A DNA stretch of 63,147 nucleotides, counting the filler, from Choristocarpus tenellus KU-1152 (Eukaryota; Protista; Phaeophyceae), in assembly GCA_964200185.2 (NCBI GenBank). It is 10 parts of 10 records of this genome, joined end to end, with 100 filler letters (N's around TTAATTAATTAA, not from the genome) between each part and the next. Parts side by side here need not be neighbours in the genome. Positions count along the whole stretch, not along the records: positions 13,115 to 18,059 come from CAXNAD020012427.1; positions 18,160 to 21,343 come from CAXNAD020021709.1; positions 21,444 to 25,135 come from CAXNAD020018482.1; positions 25,236 to 32,926 come from CAXNAD020005745.1; 6 more parts are not named here. The stretch is one strand, 5' to 3'. Made by a program: the position numbers and the translations under genes. The notes under the pieces are model-generated. The model was not told the DNA's origin. It did no database searches and was given only the letters and a program-made list of their open reading frames with translations. Below are positions 13,377 to 27,091 of this stretch, one piece after another. Position 1 is the stretch's first letter. Each line of letters starts with the position of its first letter.

Positions 13377-16300
13377 GAGGCCAGGCAGGCCACAGGACGC
13401 TTTGCAGTCCGGAAGGGAGGGATATTTTCTGTTGGGAGGTTGGGGTCTGATGTGAGGCCTGCTGCTCAAGCCAGTAAGCCTGTTTTTCAGGTACATGAGG
13501 ACTTTGTTTCAGGGTTAGGGTTTGGGGTATTGCGGCATTGAGCAGAGTGAATGTTTTTTTGCCGTATTTTTTTTATGGAAGTTAAGAGTTAGGGTTGTCT
13601 GTGTCTCCAGGACGAAGGGTCTGGCGGGCTGAATTTAATTATTTATTTTGGTCTGATGCGGAGTGGTAGTTAGTATTGGTAATGTTTTTTTTGTTTCGGG
13701 AGATAGGGTTAGGGTCATTTGTAATGGTAGAGTGGTGTGGTGTATCTCTATTCATTCTGATGATGATGCAAGATCAACCACAAGGGGAGCTTTGCTCTTC
13801 CTTAAGATCAGGAAAAGAGTAGACTAGGGTTAGTACTTTTGCTGTGTAGTTAGATTGTTTGAAATAGTGAAGGACAGTTCCCTCGTTGTTCTTGTTGTGT
13901 TCTCTTTTTTGTTTTTGAAAGGTGTATACTCAACATTTGTGTTCCTATTTAATTCAGACAGATGGATTGATTAGATTACCTCTCTCCATGTCTGAATGTA
14001 TATTTTCTTTTCAATATTACATTTATATTTAGCAAAAAATAATAATAATAACGTAATCCTAAAGAATGGCTTCTGATAACGAAGATGTAGTATCACTTAG
14101 TCAATTCTTGGAATGGAGAGGTAAATATATATATTGCATCCATATCTAGTGGATAAAGATTTGTAGTTTTTGAATTTTGTAAATTATTAAGAATTTTTTC
14201 TTTATGTAAGTTATTCATCAACAAACCAATACTTCCTGCGTCTATTCCATAGAATGGTATACTCTAGTGCATAAACTTATGTAAGGCGTGAAGTATACTA
14301 TTCATTAAGGTGAATATTTACAATTATTATTATGTGTTGTACCTTTTCTTGTCAATGTTGTTCGCTACGGTGAATAATGATGATAATAATGTGTTGTACC
14401 TTTTCTTGTCAATGTTGTTCACTACGGTGAATAATGATAATAATTATGTGTTAGGGATTCTTGTACAAGAGGAGGGAGACAGGTCAATGGCAAAAGCGGT
14501 GGTGTGTTCTGACTGAGAAAGATATGGAGTACTACCACTCTAAGCAGGTAAGTAAGGGCATTCAGAAGATATGGAGTTGTTTGCTATTTACCTCCTTTTT
14601 AAAAAATGCTTGATAGAGGTATGGTCTAATACAGTAGAGCAGTCTGTCAGTGGTCTAGTGAGGGTATTTTTCATGGCGATTTTGAAGGTATCCATAGCAT
14701 ATCGTACAAACCTTTTTTTTTTATTGAGAGTCAACATGCACCGTATTGAAGTTTGTCTTATCTACACCTAATTGTTTTATCTACACACAATAATTGAAAC
14801 GTTTTGTTTGTCGTAGGTTCTAGCAAATGATGACAATAATATTGAACGCTCTCAATTAATTAATTGCAGCTTTTGTCAGCAAAATCTGTGGTAATGATAC
14901 CATACTGTTTCTCTAAATGATGTACAGGTACTAGTACTAGTTGTAAAACAGGTAGAGGGTTATTGAACAAGGAATAGAGGCACTCGTATATTCAAGTGAA
15001 ATGTATTAACTATATACACATCTTTGCACACACACACACCCCCAACTGGCAGGACTATGTGAAGGGGAAAAAGCCATCGAAAGCAGTACTGTTGAGTACA
15101 GCCCTCCTTAAGAAGAGCCCACCTCCACTGCCAGGAGGCCGGTTGGTAGATCTCGACCATTGCTTTGAGCTTCATTCTGGAGGGTTACTAGGGGATAAAA
15201 AGAATAAGGAGGGACGTCTGTACTTCAAGGTGAGGTGCCTTGAACACACATAGATGGACACTTATGTACCTATAACATCTTGAAGTGTGCTGTAACGCAC
15301 CTCTTTCCCAAGATAAAGCCTGTGCATTAGTAGAATGTACCACTTGGCTCAATTTCTCGAGGGTCAAGGACTAGTTGAGGATGAGTACGGATGAGTACCT
15401 ATGAGAGTGGAGAGGATACGTACTGGTGTGTGTGTTAGTTAGTCTAGCTATTTACAAGAGTGGTGTGTTCCATAATGTCACTTACGTATGCCTGCTGATC
15501 CCTGAGGCGGTGAGGAGTTGTTAAATCCACGATGGCGATTCTCGAAGCTGCATATTTTATTTTTCTACGATTTGTTGTAACAGGAAAAAACATGTGTATA
15601 CACTATCTATCGTTTGATGGAATAGCCCCTGCTGATGTTATTGATGTTACTATCCTATGGCAATATCTAGCGATGTAATTTAGGTAGAGAGTACCGTACA
15701 AATTACTGCAATATAATATGTATGTTTTAATGTTGAGGAACAAAAATGTAGTCACCCTGCCTGCCCCCTTTTGATTGGTCCATGGTTATTGCCCCAGGCC
15801 AAGACAGAGGAGGAGCTGCATTCATGGTTGGTGCCATTGCGTGTACTGGCAGGGAGTCATAATCTTTCTCGTGTTGGTGCTGCAGGAGTGGTTCGATTCC
15901 TGGATACTAGTACAAGAAAGGAGCTTGTCAATGTCAAGAACAAGTCAGTCCACTGAGCAATTGGAGGGGGGGGGGGAGGGAAGGGAAGGGAAGGGAAGAA
16001 AGTTGTGGCGATTCCTCCCAAAAAAAAATATATTTTTTTTTCTCTTGATGTGGGAAAAAGTATTTTTTTTAATGTTAGAAAGATGGGAAATTTGGGGTAT
16101 ATTTTTACTCACAAGTGTTGCCTGAACAGTTTAATCCAGTTTGTTTTTTTATGCATGTGGTTAAAAAGAAGAGAGTTTTTTTGTTTAGTTTATTTGTTCA
16201 CGGGGGGGGGGGGTTGATGAGAGGTTTACATACATACATCCCTTTTCTCAAAGATGAAAGGATAAACATGAAGGCTGTTGTGTGAGATTCATTTCTAGTC

Positions 16301-17938
16301 TCACTATTGGTTACTATTGGTTCCCGATAGTGCACATTTGAGACATAGCTGTGGCATTCTAGATTAAAAAAGGAATTGTACAAAAAACTGTTGAATCAAG
16401 TTTTTCCACTGTGGTGTTCTAGGTGATGCAGAAGGATGTTGTGATTTGAGACTATGTGTGTGTATGGCGTCTGGATGGATGATGACCTGTCATGACATTG
16501 TGTTGACATTCACCACCAAACTTCACCTATAGCAATTATCAACAAGGTGTAATTACAACCAAGCTTTGGAAATATGTAGGGCAGGGGCGTCCCTATCTGA
16601 ATTAATACTATTTTACTCTAGCTTATACTTTATGTAGGTGGTTATATAAATTATGTTTGGTGTCAAGGGCATGATATGGTATGTTGTGTGATGTAGGAAA
16701 ACCCTAAGTTAGTGAAATAAATAAACATGTGTTGCAATATCAGTGCAGCAGAAAGATAATACTAGTGGGTTTTCAAGTGTATGAAAAATATGAAACACAC
16801 TAAGACTGTAAATCATGCCCCAAAGTACTATGCTATACAATTGCACAACTTTTTATTACTATACAAATATTAGTAACAATAATGTCCTTGATATTAATAG
16901 GACTAATTGCACTGTGCCTGTTTATCAATTGTAACCGCCAGAGTTCATAATTGTTCTTTACATCTCCAAAAAAATGTGTTCTTTGTTCCTTGATGATCAC
17001 TAGTAGTCTGAATCGCAGTAACCCATTGATACCAACCATTTTTTTATTTTTTAACTGATGTTAGGGCTGGGGAAACTCCTCTATTCTTTGCAGCAAGGGA
17101 CCTGGGTCAGGGTCGGACAGAGGCCAATACCATTGCCAGGGTACAGATTGGTACTTGGTTGGTGAGTACACCATACTACAGTCAAACACACTCTGTACAC
17201 TTTGTAGTAGAGCTCTTGACGACGAGCTTGGAGGGGTGGGAGGGAGTTGGGAAGGAGGAGTTTGAGGGGAAATCAGATGAGACCATCCCTGCCGAGTTTG
17301 TTGGTGGGGTGATGGGGGGCGAGTGGGTAGAGGGGTCTTGTTATTGTTTTGGAGTGCTTGTGAACTCGTTAATGTGTTGGGTGCGATTTTGTCAGAGGTT
17401 GTACTTGGATGTTGTTACACTTTTTTTTAATGTCAAAGGTTAGTGTGAAGTACAGTACATGTTTGGGGGTGATTATTTTGGTAGCACTTAGACTGCATTG
17501 AACCTGCAATTGGTTTGTGATTTATAGGCAGTTATGTAATTATGATGTATGTATTTATATATGTACTGCACTTTTAGTGAATAAGATGTATTAACACCAT
17601 TGTATATGTATTACCTGGTAGTACTCTGTTATTTTTATCCATGAGCTTAATCAAGGATAGCATGCTCCTTCCTTTCCCTTTTTCCATCCCCTTTCCCCAT
17701 GTACAAGGTGGAAAATGGATGTGATGTGAATACATGCAATACCTCATGCATGACCTCCCTCCACGAAGCACTTAAGTCTGGGCAAGTTCCATTGGCAGCA
17801 GCCCTGGCAAAAAGGGGAGGTGACCTAACCATCAAGGACATGCTTGGACGCAGCTGCCTTGACTTAGTGGAGGGAGAGGAGGACATCTCAACCCTTACTG
17901 TGGGGCACTACAGGGCTATTGACAAGAATCCAGTGCTG
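13377..17938 (+). CDS. PH-domain and ankyrin-repeat protein, internal part. Exons 13377-13490, 14455-14547, 15053-15229, 15798-15943, 17065-17161, 17708-about 17938
   Basis: The spliced product gives a PH domain (KPVFQ|GFLYKRRETGQWQKRWCVLT...YYHS...RLYFK|AKTEEELHSWL). Ankyrin repeats follow (GETPLFFAA, LVENGCDVN, TSLHEAL, GGDLTIKDMLGRSCLDL). GT-AG junctions are phase-consistent. Both ends are missing at gaps. Confidence 0.88.
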
Positions 17939-19042
17939 GTGATGACATTAAAAGGACACGTAGTTTTTGTAGAGTCCACAATGCATGGGGTTAGGGGGAA
18001 ATGACTGTAGGTGGGGGGGGGGGGGGGGGGGGGGGGTGTTTTTCTGGCTTTGGGATCGGNNNNNNNNNNNNNNNNNNNNNNNNNNNNNNNNNNNNNNNNN
18101 NNNTTAATTAATTAANNNNNNNNNNNNNNNNNNNNNNNNNNNNNNNNNNNNNNNNNNNNAACCCATGGGAAGCCAAGCCCCAAATGGACAAACAGGGCAA
18201 AACTCATACCCTCTAAGATACTTTCACTCGTGGCAAGGAAAATGAAAAGGTATACCTCCACCCTTCTTCTGTCATTAAACCAAGAACGAACATAAGGAAA
18301 ATCTGGATCATGACTACTGTTGTTCGTGGTAGTTGTATGCAGGTTACAAAAAAAATAATTGCATTCATCATAGAGATTTATAATCCACCACCTGAAGAAA
18401 AAATGACATCGACCAACATGTCACCACTCTTGCAAGGAACCAAAGAAATATGAGAAGTGATAGCTGCAGAATACTTTCCAAACATCTAGTCGTTCAAAAC
18501 ATCATACACATACATATAGAAAAAAGAAGACTGATCTATGTGGTGGAGGGAAGAGGCATAGATTGATCTTGGGTGGACAAAACGCAGCATGTGCTTATCA
18601 GAAATATTACGTTTGATGCTATGTGAGCTATCTAAAAAACCAATCAATACGTCACTAATTCCTTTCACACGCTACAGCAAAGAACATCGCAGCACCTCTG
18701 CCTTCTACATTCTACAAACAATATATGTATGTCTACTTCTTTCATCTGTTTGTCATGAAAAAAAGGTGGCACTTCATTTGTGTAATTTTGCCTCAATCTC
18801 CTGCCCCTCAGTAGCAACCTCAGAATCCCAGAACATAACCTACACCATGCTTCCACACCAACAATACACAGGCGGAGCTTAGTAAAGTTTCACTCCACTA
18901 TTACATTGGAAGCAACAAGGGTATTTATTGAGTTCCAAGCATGTATATATATATATCTGTGCAGTAGTTTAGCGCAAGTCCCTGGTACATATAACATTGG
19001 TGTTTGTTCATCCTGACCGTAGACGTATCTGGGTTGTGAGAA

Positions 19043-19301
19043 GAGTGAAAGTATCTTAGAGGGTACGAGTTTTGCCCTATTTGTCCATTTGGGGCCTGGA
19101 TCCAATGGGGGGTTTTTATGACATTTTACTACTCCAAAATGTTTAGGAGTAGGTAAAATGTACACATTATGAAAAGGTGTGTCCGAAACATAGATATTGA
19201 CACTTCCTAACAAACAGGACAACCAAAATTAGATCAAAATCGCAACATTGAATTTTGATCCACAAATGGACGCGACTCTACCCTCCAAGATACTTTGGCT
19301 C
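19043..19301. mobile_element. MITE family B, complete copy
   Basis: TIR GAGTGAAAGTATCTTAGAGGGTA...TACCCTCCAAGATACTTTGGCTC, 4-bp TSD AGAA. Partial copies at 18160-18229, 35416-35525 and 39521-39586. Confidence 0.88.
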
Positions 19302-21443
19302 AGAAGTGAAGAGTTGGTTTTGTTTTAACTGTATATATTTATGATACAAGGATAAAGGAGGTTCCTCAATTGTTCTTCTCGAGATTGTAGGTGGTGATGA
19401 GAAACGCTTATTAATAGGCAGGTCTGTAAGAAATTTATTCCTTCTTTCCGCTAGAGAGAAGCCAAAATAGAGGTGAGTACGTTGTTGTCCTGTGTACGTA
19501 TTTCTTTTCAAATATCGCACATCAATGAATATCTTATTGTTCCACAGGTGTTTTTTTTTTTAGGGCGGTGCAGGGTGCAAGGCAAGTATTTCCATTCAGC
19601 AACGATGAACTGCTTTGATATCCTAATTGCAGTCCCCTGGCAATGCAGTAATAGCAGTACGCCAATCTCGCCTTCATATTGACCAAAAGTCTGCTGACAC
19701 CTTGAAGGGTCGAACACCTCCACACTTCCTTACGGCGCACAACCACCCCTGTAGACAAACATCTACCAAACTACCATACACCACATGGTTGGCAGATTGC
19801 TGAGGAAGATTTGCACACGCCTGCCTTTATCCCCCTGGTTTGCTCCCTCACCAAAGCATAGCACCAGAACACACAATATACACATCTCATCAGTGGTAAT
19901 AGACACTCAACTTTACTAAACCCCAAGAAGACGAGATAGCAGTAAAGCTTGGCTAGGGGGAGGAGGATAGGGAGTGGGCAGTACACGGCGAATCATGCTC
20001 ATGCCCTGGCATTTACAAGTTGAAAAAAATGTATACTTCAAGCAACAGATGGGTGCCAGTATCCACTAGCCCACCATCACAAGGACCAAAGAAGGTGAAT
20101 AAATCATAAGAGAGCAGAGGCAGGAAAACTTTTCACCTCTTCATGCAAGGGAAAGAATAGGTAGCAGACCATTTATAGCCAGAGCAAATGCTATGCAGAG
20201 AAAGTAGATACAGCCTGCATCACTCCACCTAGTCTTTATTCTGGGACTACCCAAGTCAGAAGCCATAGAGGGAAGTTGGAACCACATCCAACAAGCCGCC
20301 CTCCACCACACCAACATAGAAAAGGGAAGAGCACAGGAGTGAATCTCACTTACAACACCCCCAAAGATTCCTTTGTACAGCAACCCCTCTAATTTCTCTG
20401 CCAAGTGTATGTATCCATTGGAGATATAGCATCCACACTATATTGGAGAGGTGTAAGGCTTTCCACATCATACCTCCTTGCAGTCAGAAGCAGAGTGGCC
20501 AAAAGCAACGAGAGGTTCCTGCTTGTCTCACAACAATTGCCGCCCCTTCAGACTACACAGCCCAACGAAAGGGACTACAAAAGGCCACCCGATAAAACAT
20601 AAAAACAGACAAAAACTAAGTGAGAAAAACCTCCTGAACCACTTCCTAGCAACAACAATAACAAAGAAGAGGGTGTTTGTATTGCTACTCTCCTCCCCTC
20701 CCATCCTCCTTACATTCCAAACAGAAGGAAGGTACAGGAAATTGAAAAGACTCCGAACAATATGGTATCACTACTGGATCATGGGAGACTTTTGTGGGGT
20801 ATGCTTCATGCTGCTGATGATCCGGTTACTGTCTCCAAGACCCAAAGAGATTTGGCCAGGATGATGACAGTGCTTGTGAAGTTAGCCAGATGATTTAGTC
20901 TGACTGTATCAGGGTTAACGGCAGTGTGACCAACTCCCTTGACCTTGGTGCACAAATATTACTCGCGCCAGGTTGCATAGGTAGCACTACCTTCCTTCAT
21001 GGGTTTTCCACTCAAAGTTGGGCAAGAATTTGATGTGCAGGTTCCCATCTGAGAGGCACTGCACAAGGCGTCCTAAAATCCTGGGCAGGCGAGCACAGCA
21101 GGCAAACAGGCATTTGTAGAAACACAAACGTTAAAAAAAGCACTTTGAAGTATGTATGTATGTATGTATGTATGTTTGTCAAACTATCATCCACCAAGGG
21201 TGAAATGTACTCCTACTAGTAGTAATAATAGTTCACTGAAGTATGTATCATCATCAAAAAACATTCCTCTCTTCCACCAACCTCTTTAACTTCTCATCCT
21301 CCCCCCCAACTCATAAACAAAATTCATAATCAAACCACAAAAANNNNNNNNNNNNNNNNNNNNNNNNNNNNNNNNNNNNNNNNNNNNTTAATTAATTAAN
21401 NNNNNNNNNNNNNNNNNNNNNNNNNNNNNNNNNNNNNNNNNNN

Positions 21444-22480
21444 ATACCACATTTCATATGGTGATTTACAACCTGGGTTAGCTGTGGTCGACGTGCGATT
21501 GAGCGAGTCACAAATATAGTGTTGAGCTTCAGCCTATAGGGAGTCTGTCTTAGGGATAGTGGCATGAGGGAAACGTAATGGAGCTTGAAGGCGGGCAGCT
21601 AATGAAGCTTCATTAATAATGCCCAGCATGCGTTCAGCAACCCCATTAAATTGAGGGCTATCTACAGGTGTAAACTCCTGTTTTATCCCACGATCACGGC
21701 AAAGAGCGCCGAAAGAACACTCATAAAATTCCCCCCCGTTATCAGACCGCACACACATGACCCGAGAGGGAGTACCATCAGCCCGGATATCGGCCAGGTA
21801 CTTCTTGAAGGCTTCGGCGGCATCCGACTTTGCACGAAGGAAATACAACCTAACAAAACGAGAATAATCGCCCCGGATTATCATGGTGTATTGTTTATCA
21901 CTGATTGAAAGGGTAGCCCTCTTCCCACTTCGGGCGACAAAACCCGATCCAGCTTTCTTACCGCCCTTGAAGAAGTGCTGGACCGGACGCCCTTCCGTAT
22001 GCCCTTGGACATAGAGCAGCCCGCACGTGGCTCCAGCTCGTCCACCAATGTAATGCCCATTGAAGTGGTGGGGGACTTGAGCAATGCCTCTTGTGCTTGA
22101 CCTTTAGAGCGGTGGAAGAGTTCAATGTCGATCTCCGTGTGTGGAACGTTGTGTGCAAGCGAGGGGGGTATAGTGGCTTTCAAAGCAACTCCAGCATTTC
22201 GATCTAGTCGCGGCAATATGCGTTGACCATGGAGGGTGTAGTGGCAACCAGGATCTCTTGTGAAGGTAACAACTCCATCTAATAGCGAGAATGTGCTGGC
22301 TGTGAAAATGCCTTTTGCACCCTTATCAGCTGCTGCTTGGTAAGAGAAAAGGTTGAATCCAAGATCAGGGACATGGGCGACATTTTGAAGAAGTATTTCT
22401 ACCTCCTTGTTGTCACGTGACGGAAACAAGATGGTTAGATCACCATGACCAGCGATGCAAAAGGAATTTTCTCAGCCAGC
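21444..22480 (-). mobile_element. Ty1/Copia fragment: GAG-pre-integrase and integrase core (rve)
   Basis: LQNVAHVPDLGFNLFS; DYSRFVRLYFLRAKSDA; RSDNGGEF; GIKQEFTPVDSPQFNGVAER. Frameshifted, with stops. Confidence 0.92.
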
Positions 22481-22644
22481 ACATTCTCGCTATTAGATAG
22501 GGTACTTACCTTCACAAGAGATCCTGGTTGCCACTACACCCTCCATGGTCAACACATATTGCCGTGACTAGATCGAAACGCTGAAGTTGCTTTATAGGCG
22601 ACTATACACACATCAGAGCTTACAGTAACATATATAGGTTGCAT

Positions 22645-23010
22645 ATTTGTGATTGGGAAAATTGGAACAGAGGGCCCATTAATTCTAGACCTAATCAGAG
22701 CTATGTACTTGTAACTTTTGAAGGTGTGTTTCAGAAAGAAAAAAATATACTCGGATTAGTTCAGATGCAATTCGACTGAGATTGTGTCCTGTGACCTTGT
22801 GGACAGACACCGTAGAAAAAAGAACATGGATAATAATTAATCACATTTGTGATTGGGGAGATTGGAACTGGGGATCAATTTATTTTAGGCCATGTCAGAA
22901 ATGTACGCTTTGTAACTTTTGAAGGAGTGTTTCAGAAGGAACAAGTGTATACTCGGATTAGGCTAGATGAAAACTGACGCTATTGGTTTTCTGTGACCCT
23001 TGGGACAGAT
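22645..23010. repeat. Diverged tandem duplication of about 200 bp (22645-22810 vs 22845-23010)
   Basis: Both copies share ATTTGTGATTGGG, TGTAACTTTTGAAGG, TATACTCGGATTAG and CTGTGACC in the same order. Confidence 0.7.
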
Positions 23011-24003
23011 TCTCCCAAGGAAAAGGATATTTATCTATTTTGGGCCTAGTCGGAGTTATATATATATATATATATATTTATGAAAACTTCTACTCTGATT
23101 TGGTCAAACATTTATTGATTCTGACTGTGTCTTACGACTTTGGAGATTCACTCCCAAAAGCAACTAAGAGAAATGTCCATCATTGTTGGAAACAACTGGT
23201 GAACTTGTAACTGGAATCCCTGTGTTGGAAACAACTGGCTAATTTGGAAGTGGAGTCCCTCTGTCTTCTAATGGCAACCAATACATGCTGCTGCAGTTCG
23301 ATGGAGGTGATAAACGATATTTATTGTCTTAACCCATGACAATCACCTGTGATAAGCGTGAAACATGTATACTAGCTCATGCTGGGGGGCATATTAAAGG
23401 CGAATAACTCCAGTATTTCTTCACGCACTCTAACCAGTGTGAGCAGTAAACGCGCACATGGAAGCCCAAAAGGGAGAACTCCGACTTGCTAAATGTTGCA
23501 GAGTAAGATACCTGCTACTTAATAATTACATGGTTTTCAGATGTATTACGGCGTACGTAAACCCGAAATGGATGTTGGTCAGTGACTTCCACCAAGCCAC
23601 TTGCCTTTAATCTATGTATCGTACACTTATATTGAATGAACGTGTACCTTCATCTACTGACCTGATATTAACCGTCCTTGTTGGACCTTTTGACTGTCGG
23701 AATATCTCGGTAGTTCACAGGTATCATGCCATCTATGCCATCTATAGGCCTGTGGATTGGAGCTATACATCCCCTGGTGGTAAGCTTGAAGCGAGGTGTA
23801 ACAATATCTGTCGAGGTCCTCTTCTGATCATTTTGGTTCAACTGTGTGGAGGATCTTTGGAGGGATATACTTCCGTGCCTTCCCGTAAAGTCTATTTTTG
23901 AGTACGTTTTTCCGAAGGCGAATCTCCCATCTCTGAAAGGTTTCTTTTCTGAAACCCATCCGAACCGTGATCTTCCCCACTTCCTCAGTTCACCATATTT
24001 TCT

Positions 24004-24180
24004 GGCTCAGAGTATCTGGGGGGGGTGGCGGCTGTCCGTCTGGGGTCAATTTTTTCATGTCGCGATTTTGGGGTGATTTGGTTGCATACGTCGAACGGAT
24101 AATGTACATGCACTTTTCCTGATTTTGGCCCAAATAGACGCCCTGATGTAGACCCCCTCCCCCCCCAGATACTTTGGGTC
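24004..24180. mobile_element. MITE family A, complete copy
   Basis: GGCTCAGAGTATCTGGGGGGG...CCCCCCCAGATACTTTGGGTC, 4-bp TSD TTCT. Confidence 0.88.
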
Positions 24181-24479
24181 TTCTTGCAAGTCTTTTCAGT
24201 CTTGTGTTTGTAAAACTTTAACCTCGTCCTCTCACTTACGACTTGTCTTGGTCCGTCTGGTCCGTCATGGCTCGTCTGGTCTGTCTTGCCCAATGCTTCT
24301 CTTTGCCACGTGATGCCCGTCACAAGGGCCTTCAGAATACGAGCTTCGTTTTTTCACCATTTTTGTTTCTTTTTAAAATAAAGAGCGGTCATATTGGGGT
24401 TCGAACCCTGGATTGTAGGTCACCAAGAGTGCCAATAGATACACTATTACTTGATTAAAGTACAGTGTTTAGGTGGAGG

Positions 24480-24820
24480 GAAAGCCTCCCCATTCTTTCT
24501 TCCTGTGTGTTCACCCACCCACTCTTTTACCTCGGCAAGGATGTCCTCGTCGAGGCCCAGGGCGAATGGCCTCTCATAGTGCCCTTGCTCCAACACCTTG
24601 ATGTGGCCCTTAGTTAGGAAGTCTCTCTCCCATTTACTCACAGTTTCCGACCTGATCATCGCATATCCTGCTGCCATCTCGGGCACTGTTTGACGGTTTT
24701 TCCCGTCGTTCATACACAGGTACAGGATTCGCAGTGTTAGAGACTTTACTATCGCATTTCCTTTTTGAGTGCCGGAAATGGACGTCGTCCGTGTTTCATG
24801 GACGGGTGATATTTCTTTTC
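24480..24820 (-). mobile_element. Probable DNA-transposase N-terminal relic (IS630/Tc1-mariner-like HTH region)
   Basis: ETVSKWERDFLTKG...QGHYERPFALGLDEDILAEVKEWV resembles transposase DNA-binding regions from memory. No DDE core is present. Confidence 0.35.
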
Positions 24821-24914
24821 ATCAAGGCGAAAGGGCGAGGGAGGACAGGCTTGAGTTGATCGAAAATTGTGTTGATTTCTGGAATGAATGCAGGCTGGAA
24901 GAAAGCCTTATTCA

Positions 24915-25135
24915 GGCCCAAAGTATCTGGGGGGGGGGTTGGCGGCTGTCCATTTGGAGTCAATTTTTTCATGTCGCAATTTTCGGGTGATTGGTTGCAT
25001 ACGACGGATGGATAATGTAAATGTACTTGTCCTGATTTTGGTCAAAATGGACACCCTCGTCTAGACTGTGCAAATTCCCTTGGGAGGTAATGCTATTTGT
25101 TAGTAGTGAAGATAAGAAGGTGTGAAGCCTCACAC
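24915..25135. mobile_element. MITE family A copy interrupted at 25066 by a reverse-oriented LTR
   Basis: The left TIR and body match 24004-24180. The following TGTGCAAATTCCCTTGGGAGGTAATGC is the reverse complement of the 6538-6806 LTR end. Confidence 0.8.
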
Positions 25136-27091
25136 NNNNNNNNNNNNNNNNNNNNNNNNNNNNNNNNNNNNNNNNNNNNTTAATTAATTAANNNNNNNNN
25201 NNNNNNNNNNNNNNNNNNNNNNNNNNNNNNNNNNNCCCCCCCACCCCCACCCCCCAAGGTTTGGGCAGCAATGACTTGTGGTTATAGATTGGAATTGTGT
25301 TTGGGTTGTTGTATATTGTGGATATGCCTTTGAGTCAAGCGAATAGAGGTCATCTTCTCAAACAAGGCTTTGAGTTAGGGTGAGTGCTAGGATTCCAAAG
25401 TTTGAACATATGTTTGTGATCTTGTGTCATGGAAGTACTGCAGGTGGCAGTAGGGACAGTAAGAGTTGTGATGAAGGGTCTCAGATTGCACAGAAGCCAA
25501 GGCAGGGAAAGTGACTAGGTGGGTGTTGGCAGTGGGGTTTTGGGTAGGGGAAAAGCTAGAGCTGGAAAACATGTATCGATCTGGATGTGACAGGATATAC
25601 AAATAGTGCTGTGTGGCTGCTTCTAGGGGATCAACCGCCTCTGAGGAGGGATTCTTTTGGGTGTATTTTGGGAGAGCCAGAGTAGCGGATATTTGGAACA
25701 TTGGCATGCTGGGATGATTTCTAACTATTTTAAAACCCAAGCTGAGGTGCTGTAGGTGTCACTTAGACAAATGCTACAAATTTGAATTTGACAATATAGG
25801 TCCTCACATTTTCGCTTACATCATCAAAAAATACACAAGAGCAAGGGCGGTGTGCTGGCCACAGGTGCTAGACGTTTTGTTAAGGGCGATGTGGGAATGT
25901 AAAATTAGGAGGAAATTGAGTGTTCCAAATTGACACCAATTATGAGAACAACATTAATCCGCTAGAAAAATTTCAATGCACTAGATTATAATCGACTTGA
26001 TTATAATTGAAACATATACGCGGCACATGAACGGAGGAGTGTGACTTGCCCAGCTCTGCAGGCAACGCTCGTAGTGACCATTCACACAAAAAATAACCAA
26101 ACAAAATCATGCCTCAATTTTGGATTTTGCTTATTCAAAATTTAATCAAACTGTAGCGATTGAATTGCTATGGTTCACCGAAACAAGAATATTCGCCTTA
26201 AATGAATGATTGCAAGGAGAGAGTTGGTCAATCATACCTTCAATCCTGACCAACTGTAATAGCAGCAAGTCTTGAGTGCATACCCTACTGAATGTCTTTG
26301 AGCTGACAGTGGCTACACCCCCACCACTGTATGCTCTATGCCGCAATTTACATCACGCAATATGAATTGCATTAATGGGTGGTGTAGCTTAGGGAACGTT
26401 GGCCACCTGCTCTGTACTTCACCGTTTCAATCATGTTGCTACATAATTTCTCTTTCACACTGTTAGTTAAAAGCTTAATTTTCACTGTCTTACAGCTTAG
26501 TGTCAGTACAAAATTGCAGCAATTGTTCTCATTCGGGAATGTCACAGAATAGTCGTGTTTTCCACTGTCAGAAAGTACTAGGAAATGAATACTAATGTAT
26601 GGACTGGTTTCCCACTGCACACTGTTTGAACAAGGTTCACAGATTCCTAGAGGGTACAAGAAGAAGGTTAATACCATAGATTTTTCACAGAGTGGCATAT
26701 TTCTAAGTGATCAACCTATTTTTTGCAGGAGAAACACACAACAATAATCCATACTCCTCACCACATTTCCCATTTCGTTGGCATTACCACACCATGCTTC
26801 TGGAAAGTGCAAGTCTGTGTCAAAATACAATTTCTTGTATCCCCTTCGTGCAGGCCTAAGCGTACTTTGAATGTACCAGCAGCCCACTGCAGTGTAACTA
26901 TACTCACAAACTCTACTGATCACAACCTAAACCTTGGCTCACTACTCAACAGTACTACATAACTGTATCATTAGACAAGAGTAGCAACCCCTCTGCCTAC
27001 ATCCACTCTTGTCCAATTCCATCAGGCCCTGTATCATATGGGCCACATTAGTAGGAGGGGGATGGGAGGGACCAGGACCCCTAAAACCCAC

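Noticed and set aside
14310-14450. Roughly 60-bp tandem duplication with a hydrophobic ORF
   Set aside because: Lies in an intron just upstream of the PH exon acceptor; the ORF is incidental.
25387-25740. ORF containing SMPMFQ as the next polymerase exon
   Set aside because: Lacks the expected EMP...LA.ME..G motif and a convincing in-phase acceptor.
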